Assembly: GCA_048013815.1 (NCBI GenBank)
Contig: CM106586.1
Span: 11,966,001 to 12,030,000, forward strand
Origin: Setoptus koraiensis
Taxonomy: Eukaryota; Animalia; Arthropoda
Direction: 5' to 3'
DNA: 64,000 nt
The notes beneath the pieces were generated by a model. That model did not search any database, was not told the origin of the DNA, and saw only the letters and a program-made list of their open reading frames with translations. Position 1 is the stretch's first letter. Each line of letters opens with the position of its first letter. A program made the translations under genes and the position numbers. Below, in pieces: positions 1-11,791 of the stretch.

Positions 1-1200
1 TCATTATCGCTCACTCGTGGCTACTTTTGCATCGTTTGCCTAATTATAAATAATAAATTATAACTCTACCTTGTTGATCGAGCTGCTGCTGCAATTGATC
101 CAATTGGCCAATTACAGCACGTGCAATTACTTTGCGACGTCGCTCAATATTATTTATGTATTATTTATATATTATTTAGTTCATATGAGCTCGTGTCGGG
201 GTAGCATCGCATGCAACAAGTGATTAGTTGCGTCGACTCGTCAGAGATGTCGCCATCGGAGAGACAACTCGACTCGCTGGTCAGTCACGCCAGCTAGCTT
301 GCTTCAGTTTTGTCCAGTTTTGTCCGGTCTTGTCCAGTTTATGTTTGCACGTGAATATCCGAGCTCGAATGCGACCGCGACACAGAACAAAGCCGGTGGA
401 TTGATCCAGATTCTGGACTCCAGGGGGCAGTTTGTGACGGCTCGATGCGACCAATTGGGACAGAAAAAAGTATGCACCAAAAAGGCTAATAATACGAAGT
501 GAGCGGCGCCCTGGCGGCAACGTCCGCCAGTTACATTTGTGCAGCATTGGCGTGACAGGGCGGCCAAAGTAATGAGTTGTTGCAGATTTGAGTTGTTTTC
601 TTCTTCTTTTTGGCCAACTGTAACTGTAAGTATAATAATAAATTGAATTGTTGCCGTTCGGCCCGGATTGGCATTGATATAAATTATTCTAATTTATACC
701 AATTGGGCGTTCGAGGGCACGTTTATTGGTGATTGGCTTAGTTTGAGTCAATGACAAAATGGGCCAATCAATTTATGTTGGCAGCCCGTGCGAGACGAGC
801 GGCCGAGTGCGGCCAATGACGAGGGCAGACGCAAAATTGTAATTATAATTATAAATATAAATTATCTGTTGTTGGCCGGCTAAAAAGTGTGTGTGTGTGT
901 GTGTGCACTGGTCAGTTTGAGGTGCACAAAGAGTTGCCATTTGGAACCATTTCAAACTCTTTTATCTCTCATCTGTCGCTGGCCGCTTGTCCATCACGTT
1001 GCTGCCAACAGCTAATGATCAATTTAAGTGACACTTGACGCCACCAGCATAATTAGTACACTGACGGGCTGGCCACTTGGCGTCGGGCGTCAATTTGCGC
1101 TCAAATGGCATGGCTCCCGGCTCGCTGCTCCATTGGCCCTTATTATCCTATCTTGTCACCAAATCTCTTGTCGCAAAATGCTCGCTCTTTACCTGAGCCA

Positions 1201-1263
1201 CGGTCGCCGGTCGCCGGTCGCCGGTCGCGCCGGTCGCCGGTCGCCGGTCGCGCCGGTCGCCGG
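1201..1263. repeat. 7-nt minisatellite (CGGTCGC)n with occasional GC inserts
   Basis: Read directly; about 8 copies. Explains the repetitive ORFs at 1028-1560. Confidence 0.9.
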
Positions 1264-3020
1264 CCAATTTGCGGGCCGTCGCCCAGTCGGCGCACAATTG
1301 GCCGGCGTTCGGGCCGCACATTGGCCAGAATGGGCTCGAATTGGCGCGCTATGATAAAAAACGAGCCAGGCCAAAATAACAAACATGCCAACGGTCGATA
1401 CTTTTGGCCCCATACGTGCACATCATACACGTGTATGTCATGTACGTATATATCATATATGTATGCATCGTTGAGCTGGCACCGAGTCTGTGGCCCGTGG
1501 CTAGCCGCTGTCCGTGAGAGTCCGCAAATTGGCGACTTTCCGAGCGCACTTATACAGTAAAAGTTATACTCGTACTTGCCAGCCAGACGAGCCTCTATAA
1601 TGCTTGACCAGGCACTCATTATGGCCACCTCAAATGGCACAGAACACGACAGATTGTGAGCGCGCGCGTGTGAACAGGAGCAGAAAGCTCGCGCGCCATC
1701 ACGAAAGCAAACGAAGCGAAACCGGCTCCACATCGGCCCGCTTCGGCTCTGCATCGGCTCCGCTTCGGCTCCACTCCGCTCCGGCCCGCACCAAACCGAA
1801 CCGGTCCGGCCTGACTCGGCTCGGTGCGGGCCCAGCAGTCGACCGTCCGAGCGAGCACAGGCCGTGCTGCGCAGCAACCGAGCGGCCAGCGCATGAGCGG
1901 CCGGCGCATGAGCGGCCAAAGCTGGTCAGCGCCAGAGTGGTCAGCGGCATGATATCGTCGATATCCCCAGCCTGGCGCTAGCGATACGATAGAGCGTAAT
2001 ATATATATGTTATGATATAATATGTATTGATCAACGTGTAGAGGGCGGCAACTGTTGCGCCCGTTGCGGCGCGGTCGGGCACGGCCTACCCACGGCGAGT
2101 GATGTCACAGCCGCTCTGGCTCATATATTGTCCGACGGACAACACTAGCGAGCGGCGAGCGGCACAACTTGCTGCGCTGCGCCCCGCTCGCTGGCGTTGT
2201 GTGTTGCGAGCGCGCTCACATATAACATGTGATACTATATAGGCCGCATAATCGCAGTTTATACTGGCAACTGACAGACTGTCAGAGTGGTCAGTTTGGC
2301 CAATATTCTCTGGCCAAAGTCGGGCCCGAGCGCTGACCCAATGCAACGGACAAACTGACACGCACAAACGAGCGGCGAGTGGCGATGTTGTGCGGGCTTG
2401 CAGAATGGCCGGCCGGCCGGCCGAAATTTGGCCAGTGCAACATCGTTGGCTACTGTTCTGGCGCAAGTCATTGTTTTGCTGCCAGTCGGCTGGACAGTGA
2501 AATTCGGGGACGCACTCGCACGGCTTGCACGCCATATCATGCCACGTCAGCCAAATAATGACGCCAGACCAATGATAGACTCCTCTGTCAGATAGAGGGC
2601 GCAATGGAAATAAAACGGTCGCTGTCGTTGGCCGCCACTTTCGCCGATTTGCCCGATTCGCCCGCTTCGACCGGCCCGGCGCTGACCAAATCACCTGTTG
2701 CTCGTCAGCCCGTGATGAGCGGTTCTGGCGCAGTAACGCCCTCTCTCTCTCTCACTTGCTCGCTGTCATGGTTGGTGCGGGCCGGCGAGCAAGTCGTGGC
2801 AGCGATTAAGATGCAATTGAACATTACGGCAGACTGGCGCTCAAATGATGAAACGCGTTTAAGCGCATTTGGGGTGCGCACAAGATGGGGTGTTAATTGT
2901 TTTATAATTGACGACCGTTGCATCGTCGCTCACGACGGCACCACGACCGTGCACCGTCGTGGTGCAGCATTGGTTTGGCTCTCCTCGGTGTCGCCCATCA
3001 TGCATTCGTCGAGCCAACGG

Positions 3021-3100
3021 CTGCACCACTGCACCGCTGCACCACTGCACCGCTGCACCACTGCACCGCTGCACCACTGCACCGCTGCACCACTGCACTA
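3021..3100. repeat. 8-nt tandem repeat CTGCACC(A/G), alternating (16-nt higher-order unit)
   Basis: 10 consecutive units read directly. Confidence 0.92.
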
Positions 3101-3288
3101 CTGGGCCCAGGGTGACGCTGCAGTGGTGCACACTGGCTGACAGCCAGCCAGTGGATGGAGCGCACCGTGGCGAGTGCGCGGTCGCTAGGTGCACTCGGCG
3201 CGTCCAACACACAACCGACTTGCGCCAAAGGTCAACTAACTGTTGGCCCTGTGCGCTGGCCAACTAGCTGCCTGCGCCGCACCACTGG

Positions 3289-3454
3289 CTGCACCGAGTG
3301 ACCAGTGCACCACTGGCTGCACCGAGTGACCAGTGCGCCAACTGTCTGCACCGAGTGACCAGTGCGCCAACTGTCTGCACCGAGTGACCAGTGCGCCAAC
3401 TGTCTGCACCGAGTGACCAGTGCACCAACCGTCTGCAGCGAGTGACCAGTGCGC
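3289..3454. repeat. 28-29-nt minisatellite CTGCACCGAGTGACCAGTGCGCCAACTGT
   Basis: 6 copies (the last is partial) read directly. Confidence 0.92.
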
Positions 3455-5131
3455 ACCGGGCGACAGTGTCAACCCGCGAGTATAATAGCGCGACGGCGGT
3501 TTATTGTGGGACCGGCTATTATTATGGTTGCCGTTGCTCGTGGCCGGGTCATTTGGCTGGCTGGCGACCGCCGTTTGGCCGGGCCATTGGTGACAAATAA
3601 TAATAACAACAACGATAATGATACACAAGAACACGCACACACGCGATCAAGTTGAATTGTTGCTCGCTGCTCGTGCCCTGCGCTAACTTGAGAGCGAGCG
3701 AGCGGGCGCGCGCGCGCGCGCGCTGGTCAGTTGACCGGTTGACCAGTTTACCAGTGACTGGTAACCAGTCACTGGTAGCCAGTCACTGGTAGCCAGTGTG
3801 TGTGCCAGTGTGCAGTTGACCGGTTGACCAGCAGCGCACCAGTTGGCAGTTGAGCGTGGGTTCGCTGGAACGAGTTGTGTTGTGCCACGATAATAACAAT
3901 AAAAAACGAACTGCGCGTCGTTATCGATCGTCGTGCGCGTCTGTCCATTTGTGTGCGTGCGTCTGGGGCGAGAGTGTGAGAAAAAGAAAAGAGTTTTATG
4001 CTGTCCAGTGTGTAGATATTATTAGTTTATGTTATACACTTTCACACACTTTGTCACTTTGTGTTGTAGCAACAACGCCAACAACGGCGACCACGGCCAA
4101 ACGTAGGTGACAGACACCCCGGACACAGCGAGATTTCACTCTTTTATTTATCTCATCTCGTTTTATCTGGCTCTGCGGGCCTGTTCTGGCCGGAGCGGGC
4201 GCTCCGGCCGCTGACCGGAGTTTATTTCGGCCTGTTGCAAGCGACGGTCGGGCTTTTCGTGAGCCCAGATTGATTATTATCATGCTCCAATTGTCACTCA
4301 GCCACTTGCCGGTCGCCAGGGCCCGCTGCCGCTCGGGTCTAGACCCAAGCGGCCAGGGCCGGCCAACTGTCGGCGGCCTATAATGCACCGTTCAGCTCGG
4401 CCGGTCGCGTCGAATCGATTGGCGGGGCGACGTGCAAAAGTGGAGCACGTCGCTACCAGACACGGCGACGACATGAAGGCACAACAGGAGAGTGCTCGGC
4501 CAGCAGCAACAACAACAGCGGCAACGACAGCGAGATAATGGCAACAGCCGAGATAATAGCCGCTGCTGGCACAAACCAAATACAGCCAGCGCACAATAGA
4601 CGCCAAAAGCTCGTCCATTGTTCTGGCGGCCGTGTGCGGCCCCTGGCAGCGCTCGGGCCACTCGCCAACTGCCAACTGACCAGCGCCAATTTATCGCGGG
4701 CCGGCCGGCCGGCCGGCGAGCGGACCGAGCGCCGGCCGCTCGCAACAATAATGAGGGAGCAAAAAACTGTTATCTCGAGAGTTCATCGGGCCACTAGATA
4801 ACAGCGCACAAATATTAATTTGGCAATGATGTATAGCGATGATGGGTCGCCCATGACGGCCCATTTGCTCGTGCTTGCTTGCTTGCGCGCACACTTGCTC
4901 GCCCGTCTCACATTTGCGGTGCTCGCCCAATATCTGTGCCAAACCCGTAACTGGACACATCACATCATGTGATGATCACATGGGTCATGTGTGCCGGCCA
5001 GCCATTTGGTCAGCCAGCCAGCCAGTCGGTCAGACGGGCTGCACAGTTGGCACACAGCGCGGCGCTCTGCGCACCATCCATCATTTATGCACACACTCTG
5101 TCGAGCCCTGACCGACTGACCAGTTGTGGGC

Positions 5132-5205
5132 GCACGGGCAGACGCACGAGCACGGGCAGACGCACGAGCACGAGCAGACGCACGAGCACGAGCAGGTGCA
5201 CGAGC
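5132..5205. repeat. 18-nt minisatellite GCACGAGCACG(A/G)GCAGAC
   Basis: About 4 copies; produces the HEHGQT repeat in ORF 5124-6017. Confidence 0.85.
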
Positions 5206-6284
5206 AACCCGAAACCATGCCAACAACAGCGCGGCAAGTGTGTGCGCTGTCTGTTAATTTAGGTGCACACGCGCGCTTTCGCGCGCGCAAAAACAGGGTC
5301 ACGAGCTGCACCGGTTTGGTGCGCACCTGGTGCGCAAACGAACCGGGACTGTATTTATTTATCGAGATACAGGTAGCGGCGGTGCACGGTTGTGGGTGGA
5401 CACGGGCAGCGGCGACGACGACAACAACCGCGACGACGACAACAACAACAACAAGTAAACACACAAACGGGCACAACAAGCACACAAACGGGCGCAATTG
5501 GCGCACAAACAAGCGGACAAACTCGTGTGCAAACACACACTCGTGCGCAAACACGAGCACTAATCAATTTCTCATTAGGGTCACACTTTTATTATCCCAG
5601 CGCCAACATTGTTTTTCGGCGAGGGCCCGGCGAGTGCTAATTGCAACCGCGCGGCCTATATGCAACGTTGCGCACTCGCTGACAGTCGGTCAGTTGGCCG
5701 CGGGCTCAAGGTTGCCGCTTGTTGCCGCTCGTTGCCGCTCGTTGCCGCTCGTTGTTGGTCGGCCGGGCCCCCTCGCGGCCGGCTCGCCAGTGAGCGACTG
5801 GCCAAGGTCGGACGGGGGCGCCGGGGGCAAGCTTGCGCGAGTTGGGGCTAGTTTGAGCTGGACAACTGACGCCAGCAAGTTACTGGCGACGAGGCCGAGT
5901 TGGCGCCAAAACGCACTCACTAGGTCAGCAGTGGAAAGTACGACGACAATTGTTGCTGCTGCTGCTGTTGGCGTGTTGCTGCTGTTGGCGTGTTGCTGTT
6001 GTTGGCCGCTGCCGTGAGCAAGTTGCAAATTGCAAATTACAAAAGTGTTTGCAGCAAGTGACCACTGCTAACGGCTGACCACTGTCCACTAGTTGTGAGG
6101 GGCACGAGCCCGTGGCAAAAGCGCGCCTCTGTCCAGCGTCGACCATTGATTAGAGTCGAGTGGTGGCAGCTGACGCGACGTGGCACAACAGAAAGGTGTG
6201 CCCCATTTGTAATTAAGTGTTGCCCATTGTTGCTGCTGGCAACCCTTTGTCTCTCTCGCTTGTTGTCGCTGTTGTTGTCGCTGT

Positions 6285-6370
6285 CTGTTGTTGTTGCTGC
6301 TGCTGCTGTTGTTGTCGCTGTTGTTGTTGCTGCTGCTGCTGTTGTTGCTGTTGTTGTTGTTGCTGCTGCT
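6285..6370. repeat. mixed (TTG/CTG) trinucleotide tract
   Basis: Read directly; source of the poly-Q/L/C/A ORFs in all frames. Confidence 0.9.
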
Positions 6371-7717
6371 GGCCGTCGCTGCCCAGAATCGCCGTCCCGG
6401 CGACGGCTGGCCAACTCAAGGTGAGACTGGACATGTCACTGGCGCAGCTCCACCTCCCGTCGCCGTTGTTCGCTGGCTCGTTCTGTCCGTGTTCGCTGGC
6501 TCGTTCTATCCGTGTTCGTTCGCTCGTTCTTTGCGTGCTCGTTGGCCGGTTCTCGCTGGCTCTTTTGGCCGTACTTGCGTTCTCTCTGGCCGGCTCGTTC
6601 GCTGCCACGTTCGCTGCTGGTTGTCACCGCGCGACAACGGCAGCACCAACTCTGCGGCCAACACGCACACTGGACGCTGGTCAGCGGACAGCGCCAACTA
6701 AAAAGTGTCTAGGCTCGCGCAAACTTTTCGCAGCCTGCTCTTTGGCTCGCCTGCAAACTTTGGCCCGACTGCGCACCACTGCCTACCACTAGCCTGCCCA
6801 CAAACCCATCCACTATTGATGGGCAACTGGACACTGGTCACTCAGGTAGACAACAACTGTGCGCGATCGAAACACCATCTGTGCCATGCAAATTGGCGCC
6901 CAAATTCACACACACGCACACACTGTTCGATGGTGCACTTTTTCGCGCTCGTTTTAGTGTCCACGATCAGGCACACAGGCACGGTTTGTTTGGCACACAC
7001 ACACACACACACGTACACACACTCGACGCACCAGCACGTACTAGCACGTACCAGCACACACACACACACTCGCTGATGCTGCTGCAACAAGTGAGGCACA
7101 ACAACAATAAATACAAGTGAGGGGCGCGCGCGCAAACACTTTGCGCATGAAACTGCACGCTCTTTCTTGTGCGGGTTCTGGCACGCCAACGAGAACGGGT
7201 GATATAGCCGCGATAAAGCGTCGGCAGCGTATCCCGGCAAGGACACAACACAATGGCCAGCACAACGGCAACAGCGCCAGCAAAACTGGTGCCCGTGACA
7301 ATAATAAAACAACAACAATGATCGAAACTCGCACTGTGCCACTTGCATGCGCAGTGTGCCCGCGACTCGTGGTGAGTCGCGCGATGAAAGTGCGCGTGCA
7401 CTGATGCGTCGTACGTGCCAGTACGTGCTGCCAGTGGCAATTCGAGTGCCTGCCACTGTTCGACAGAGGTCAAAATGGAAGCAGGCACACGAAGCCCGGC
7501 ACACTGGCCAGTGGTGGCCACAAGCGAGCCCAACTGGCCAGCACAACAACGGTCGAAACACTGGCCGCGTGTACGCGCCATCGCACGCGGCCACAATGTG
7601 CAGCCTTTTGCCCGCTGTGCCGCTCGTTTCGTGCCGATTCGGGCCAGATATTTGGCCGAAACTGGACGCTTGGCTGTGCTTCGGTCGGGCGAGCCGCGCT
7701 CACTTTACCCGGGCTCT

Positions 7718-7845
7718 CGGACTGTCCGGCCGCTCGGGCTCTGCGGCCGCTCGGGCTCTGCGGCCGCTCGGGCTCTGCGGCCGCTCGGGCTCTGCGGCCG
7801 CTCGGGCTCTGCGGCCGCTCGGACTGTCCGGCCGCTCGGGCTGCG
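7718..7845. repeat. 17-nt minisatellite GGGCTCTGCGGCCGCTC
   Basis: 5 identical core copies, each with GCGGCCGC, flanked on both sides by an 18-nt variant GGACTGTCCGGCCGCTC. Confidence 0.92.
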
Positions 7846-8886
7846 CAGGCCGCTTCGAACGGTCGAAGGGCGCGGCCCGTCGGGCACTTGTTGGCCGTGG
7901 CTCGGACATAAACAACAACAACAACAGCGAGTGCGATCGGTAGGTGGAGCCTAAAGTGGCGCGCCAACTTTGCACGGCATGGAAAGTGATCGCGGCACAC
8001 AGAGGTGATTTGTTGCAGCTGACCACAGTTGCCCGAAGCCGGCGATGATGATGATGATCACATGCTCGTTTGCTGCAAGGTGACTGATACCACAGTATCA
8101 TGGTTTTGGCCGTTGCGAGCCGCTGGCGCTGTCGTCGGGGCTGTTGTTGCCGTTGCTGTTGAGCTGTGGTGGCTGTTGCTGTTGTGCTGCGGTGGCTGTT
8201 GTTGCGGGCGCTGTTGGCTTCGGTGGCCGTTGTTGGTGTTGTCGTGGCGGTGCTGTTGTTGGCGTGCTCGAAGCTGTCGTTGTTGGCGGCGCTCTCGGCG
8301 CACCAGTTGATCATGCAGCAGTGGGCAGCAGTGGCGTGGCAGTGTGGTGGCGTGGTAGTATGGCTGTATGGTGGTGGTGGTGGTGGTGGCGGCAGTGTGC
8401 ACTGCAGAGTAAATAGAGCGGAGGAGTTGGCACGACAACAATAACAACAACAACAACAACAACATCAACAACAGCATGCACCACGGCTACTGCTGCCCAT
8501 GGCCGCTGGACGGCGCACGCAAACGCACCGAGAGTGCGCACTCGCACTTTAACTTTTGCCACAACAACGACAACAGCGCCGACCACGACCACGACAACAA
8601 CAACGACAACAACAACACCAACATCCACGCCAGCGCCAACAGCAGCCCGTTTAAAGTTACACGCAAAGCAAAGTGACCACGAACGCATCACAAGTGCTCA
8701 GTGTTGATTCACCTCCCGAAGCGACAACATCGACAACAGCATCCTTGAAGCCGTGAGCACCCAAACGCCACAAACGCCACAAACACCAACAAACACTAAA
8801 TAAAAAACACAATCAATTGAACACAATCAAGCACATACGTCCAAACACAATCAATTAATCGAACCAGTTAAATCATCCAACGAGAG

Positions 8887-9723
8887 ATGCCACCATCGAG
8901 ATCGGACAGCCGAAGCAGCAACTCGAGCAGCTCCAAATACAAACTCGCCAGCTCGTCTATCGAGTCGCTAAACACGCTGCATCGAAGCAACAGCAACAGC
9001 AAACAACAACATTACGCAACAATGTCGTCGCACAGCAGACACCACAGCAGCAGTGGCGACTATTTGAATTCGTCGTCCAATTATCAGTCTAGGAAGACGC
9101 CGTCCAGTTCGTCGTCGTCGTCGTCGTCGCACTCCATTTTCGATGACAACATCACAGATTTAGACGATTACGGCTACAACAGTGGCTGTAGTAGCAGCAA
9201 GAGCCGAAAGACGTCGTCGTCGTCGTCCTCTGGCAACAACTTCAATTCCATTTATTCCAGCAACAGCCTATTCGACAGCCATCACAACAACAACAACTTA
9301 TTCACATCATTAGACGAGGACGATTCGATATTTTTCACCAGTAGCTCACTGCACAACTCAAGCCACATTAGCAACCTAACACATTTAACTAGAACATCCA
9401 TATCGAGATCATTGTTTAGAAGTAGAAATAACAGTAATCACAGTAGCAAGTCCAGATTAAGTAGTTGCGGTTGCGATGACGATTATGACATAACATTATC
9501 GTCGTCTCCATCGTCGTCGTCGTCGTCGCAGTGCAATAACAGCAGCAACACACGTCACATGAGTTACAATTCAAAATTTGCCAATGACAAGTTAAACTCT
9601 TATAAGACTCACGACAAAATGAAATGGAATTTCGATTTCGATCACAACAGACCGTTGGACACGGCCAGTGGCTCGGCCAGATATCAATGGAAATCGTCGT
9701 CCACCTCAATGAATCACCTCTGA
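8887..9723 (+). CDS. dap: Cip/Kip-family cyclin-dependent kinase inhibitor (dacapo/p27-like), 278 aa, single exon
   Basis: ATG at 8887, TGA at 9721-9723. The C-terminal KMKWNFDFDHNRPL...RYQW matches the p27 CDI motif RKWNFDFQNHKPLEGKYEW, and an upstream SRSLF matches the RxLF cyclin-binding motif. The rest is S/N-rich low complexity. The family call is firm; orthology to dap is inferred. Confidence 0.85.
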   Translation: MPPSRSDSRSSNSSSSKYKLASSSIESLNTLHRSNSNSKQQHYATMSSHSRHHSSSGDYLNSSSNYQSRKTPSSSSSSSSSHSIFDDNITDLDDYGYNSGCSSSKSRKTSSSSSSGNNFNSIYSSNSLFDSHHNNNNLFTSLDEDDSIFFTSSSLHNSSHISNLTHLTRTSISRSLFRSRNNSNHSSKSRLSSCGCDDDYDITLSSSPSSSSSSQCNNSSNTRHMSYNSKFANDKLNSYKTHDKMKWNFDFDHNRPLDTASGSARYQWKSSSTSMNHL

Positions 9724-11188
9724 CAGGCACCACATTGGTTTCGAGAGTCGTTTGATGATTGGTCGTCATCTATTATGTAAATTACAACCGTTGTTACTCT
9801 CTCCCGCTCTCTCTCTCACTCACTCTTGCACCCTCGTTGCGCTTGTTCACCTGTTGTGCCGCGTTGACCGCTCGACATATCATCGCATTGCATCACTATA
9901 TGTATCACTACTGTATCACTACTGTATCATGGATTTGGCATGGCATCTTTGTGGATTGTGTGGAGGGCACCTGTCAAAAGAAGTCAAAAACATCACAACA
10001 ACAACAACAACAACATTAAACAAAATTAAAACAATAAATAAATCGCCGAGACACTAACTGGATTTCGGACCGACAGAGGGCGCGCGCGCGCGCGTGGGTG
10101 CGCAAACCAAACACACAGTTCTCGCACACATAGGAGTCGCCACTGTCGCGCGGGCGCGCTCGCGCGCGCGAACAAGCCAAGTTGTGGCAAATGCAAATGG
10201 CGTCGTCGACTAGGCATGTTGTGTTACATAAACACCAATATATATATATATATATAAATATGTATATATTTGTATATAAATACAGGCTAATTGCAACTAC
10301 GACGCAGCACGACAACAACACAAATTGTATGAGCATGGCAAATATGTGTAGTTGATGTCTTGATGTTTGTCGTCGTCGTCGTGTTGCGGCGCAAAATTGC
10401 GAGCCGAGCACCACACGAACATGCCCTATAGTCGATGATGTCGAGCTGTGTGACAAGACGACGACAGCAACAAGGCTGGCAAGCTAGCTTCATCATTGTA
10501 TATCACCAATAACAGACATGGCATTGTATAATAATAACAATAATATTAATAATAATCATCAACAGCATCATAATGATCAGATAAGAGACACAGACAATAA
10601 AGATATATAAATATATTCTGTATGTGACTAGCGTGAGTGATATTGAGTGAGAGAGGGACTCTGACAAAACTTGTGAGTTGTTTTTTTCTTGTTGTCGTTG
10701 CTGGTGTGTGCGTGCGTGTGTGTGTCACACCAAATTGGTGACATTATATGTGTGACATCAACAACAACGACACCAACAACAGCAACAACAACAACAACAA
10801 CAGCGACGACGACGACGATGACGACGAAAGTAGCAGCACGTCTTTTGTGTGGCAACATTTATTTATTTTCTTCTTCTTTCTGCTGGCTTTCACCATTTTT
10901 CTCAATTGCTTTGTTTCAATTGTGTGCTCAATTGTATGCATAAAAGTGTGTTTGAATATATCTTTTGAATTGTATTCTCGAAATAATGATTCTTTGCTTG
11001 ATTGCTTGTGTGTGAAATGACTAATGATGATGATCGGTCGTTCGGGCGGCCGGGCGCCGCACCTGCCGGGCTGGCCGGGCCGCGCCAGGCCGGGCCGGAT
11101 TGGTTAATTGGGCTAAATTTATTATTTTGCGCTGGGGCCAAGCTCAGCGCCTCAAGCCGGGCCTAATCAAATTGGCCCTCTCCACTGG

Positions 11189-11791
11189 TCACTGCGAGGC
11201 CCTGGCGTCGCCGCCCACGTGATGGCCGCCCACTGAGGCGCCCGTAGAATCTGGATTTTGGCTGGGTATACAACACGATGATAGCAGAATGGACCAAAGC
11301 ATCCATGTTCTGTGTTTCTTTTTTGAGAATGATCTACTTCTTGTCGTTGTGTTTGTTGTATCACTAAAATTGTTGTTGTTGTTGTTGTTGGTTGTTTGGG
11401 CGTTGTTGATGCTTTGGTTGTTGTTGGTCCCCTTGGCATCTACTGCTGTTATTGTTTGATGTTGTTGTTGTTTGATATCACCGGCTATAAATTGATTGTG
11501 ATTTTTGATGCCACTCACTGACTTGAGCGCATTCCTGGCATCTTGTCGCTCTTGGGCTAATTCGCTCGCTCTAGACACAATGTGCTTTACATACTCTAAC
11601 GCAAACGATCTCAATTCATTGATGGTGATGGTCGAATCATTATCATATATACAACTATTCAATGTGCTCATATTATCAAAGTTACTTTGCCCGTTAAAAA
11701 GATTGCTGAACTGGTTTGTGGCTGGCTGTTGTGTAGTTGTGTTTAAAGCTTGTTGCGTCGTTGTCAGCGTTGTGTCCTTGTAGGCCTCCAT
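11189..11791 (-). CDS. hypothetical 200-aa protein with a candidate PKA R-subunit-binding amphipathic helix (AKAP-like)
   Basis: ATG start and protein-like composition. It contains the helix ELRSFALEYVKHIVSRASELAQERQ and a C-terminal KKKHRTWMLWSILLSSCC segment. The function is inferred. Confidence 0.65.
   Translation of the reverse strand: MEAYKDTTLTTTQQALNTTTQQPATNQFSNLFNGQSNFDNMSTLNSCIYDNDSTITINELRSFALEYVKHIVSRASELAQERQDARNALKSVSGIKNHNQFIAGDIKQQQHQTITAVDAKGTNNNQSINNAQTTNNNNNNNFSDTTNTTTRSRSFSKKKHRTWMLWSILLSSCCIPSQNPDSTGASVGGHHVGGDARASQ

Noticed and set aside
3289-3454. CRISPR-like 28-29-nt repeats
   Set aside because: The units are head-to-tail with no unique spacers, there are no cas genes, and the context is eukaryotic. 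The same applies to the other arrays.
7953-7971. E2F-like palindrome AAAGTGGCGCGCCAACTTT upstream of the CKI
   Set aside because: GGCGC-type words are very common in this region, so a single imperfect site is uninformative.
281-8700. Numerous ORF-track entries of 60-300 aa
   Set aside because: They are open because of GC-rich or trinucleotide repeats, overlap on both strands, and contain no recognisable domain.
11424-11434. TTGGTCCCCTT, matching the 5' end of miR-133
   Set aside because: It is antisense to a CDS, the match stops after 11 nt, and I see no precursor hairpin.
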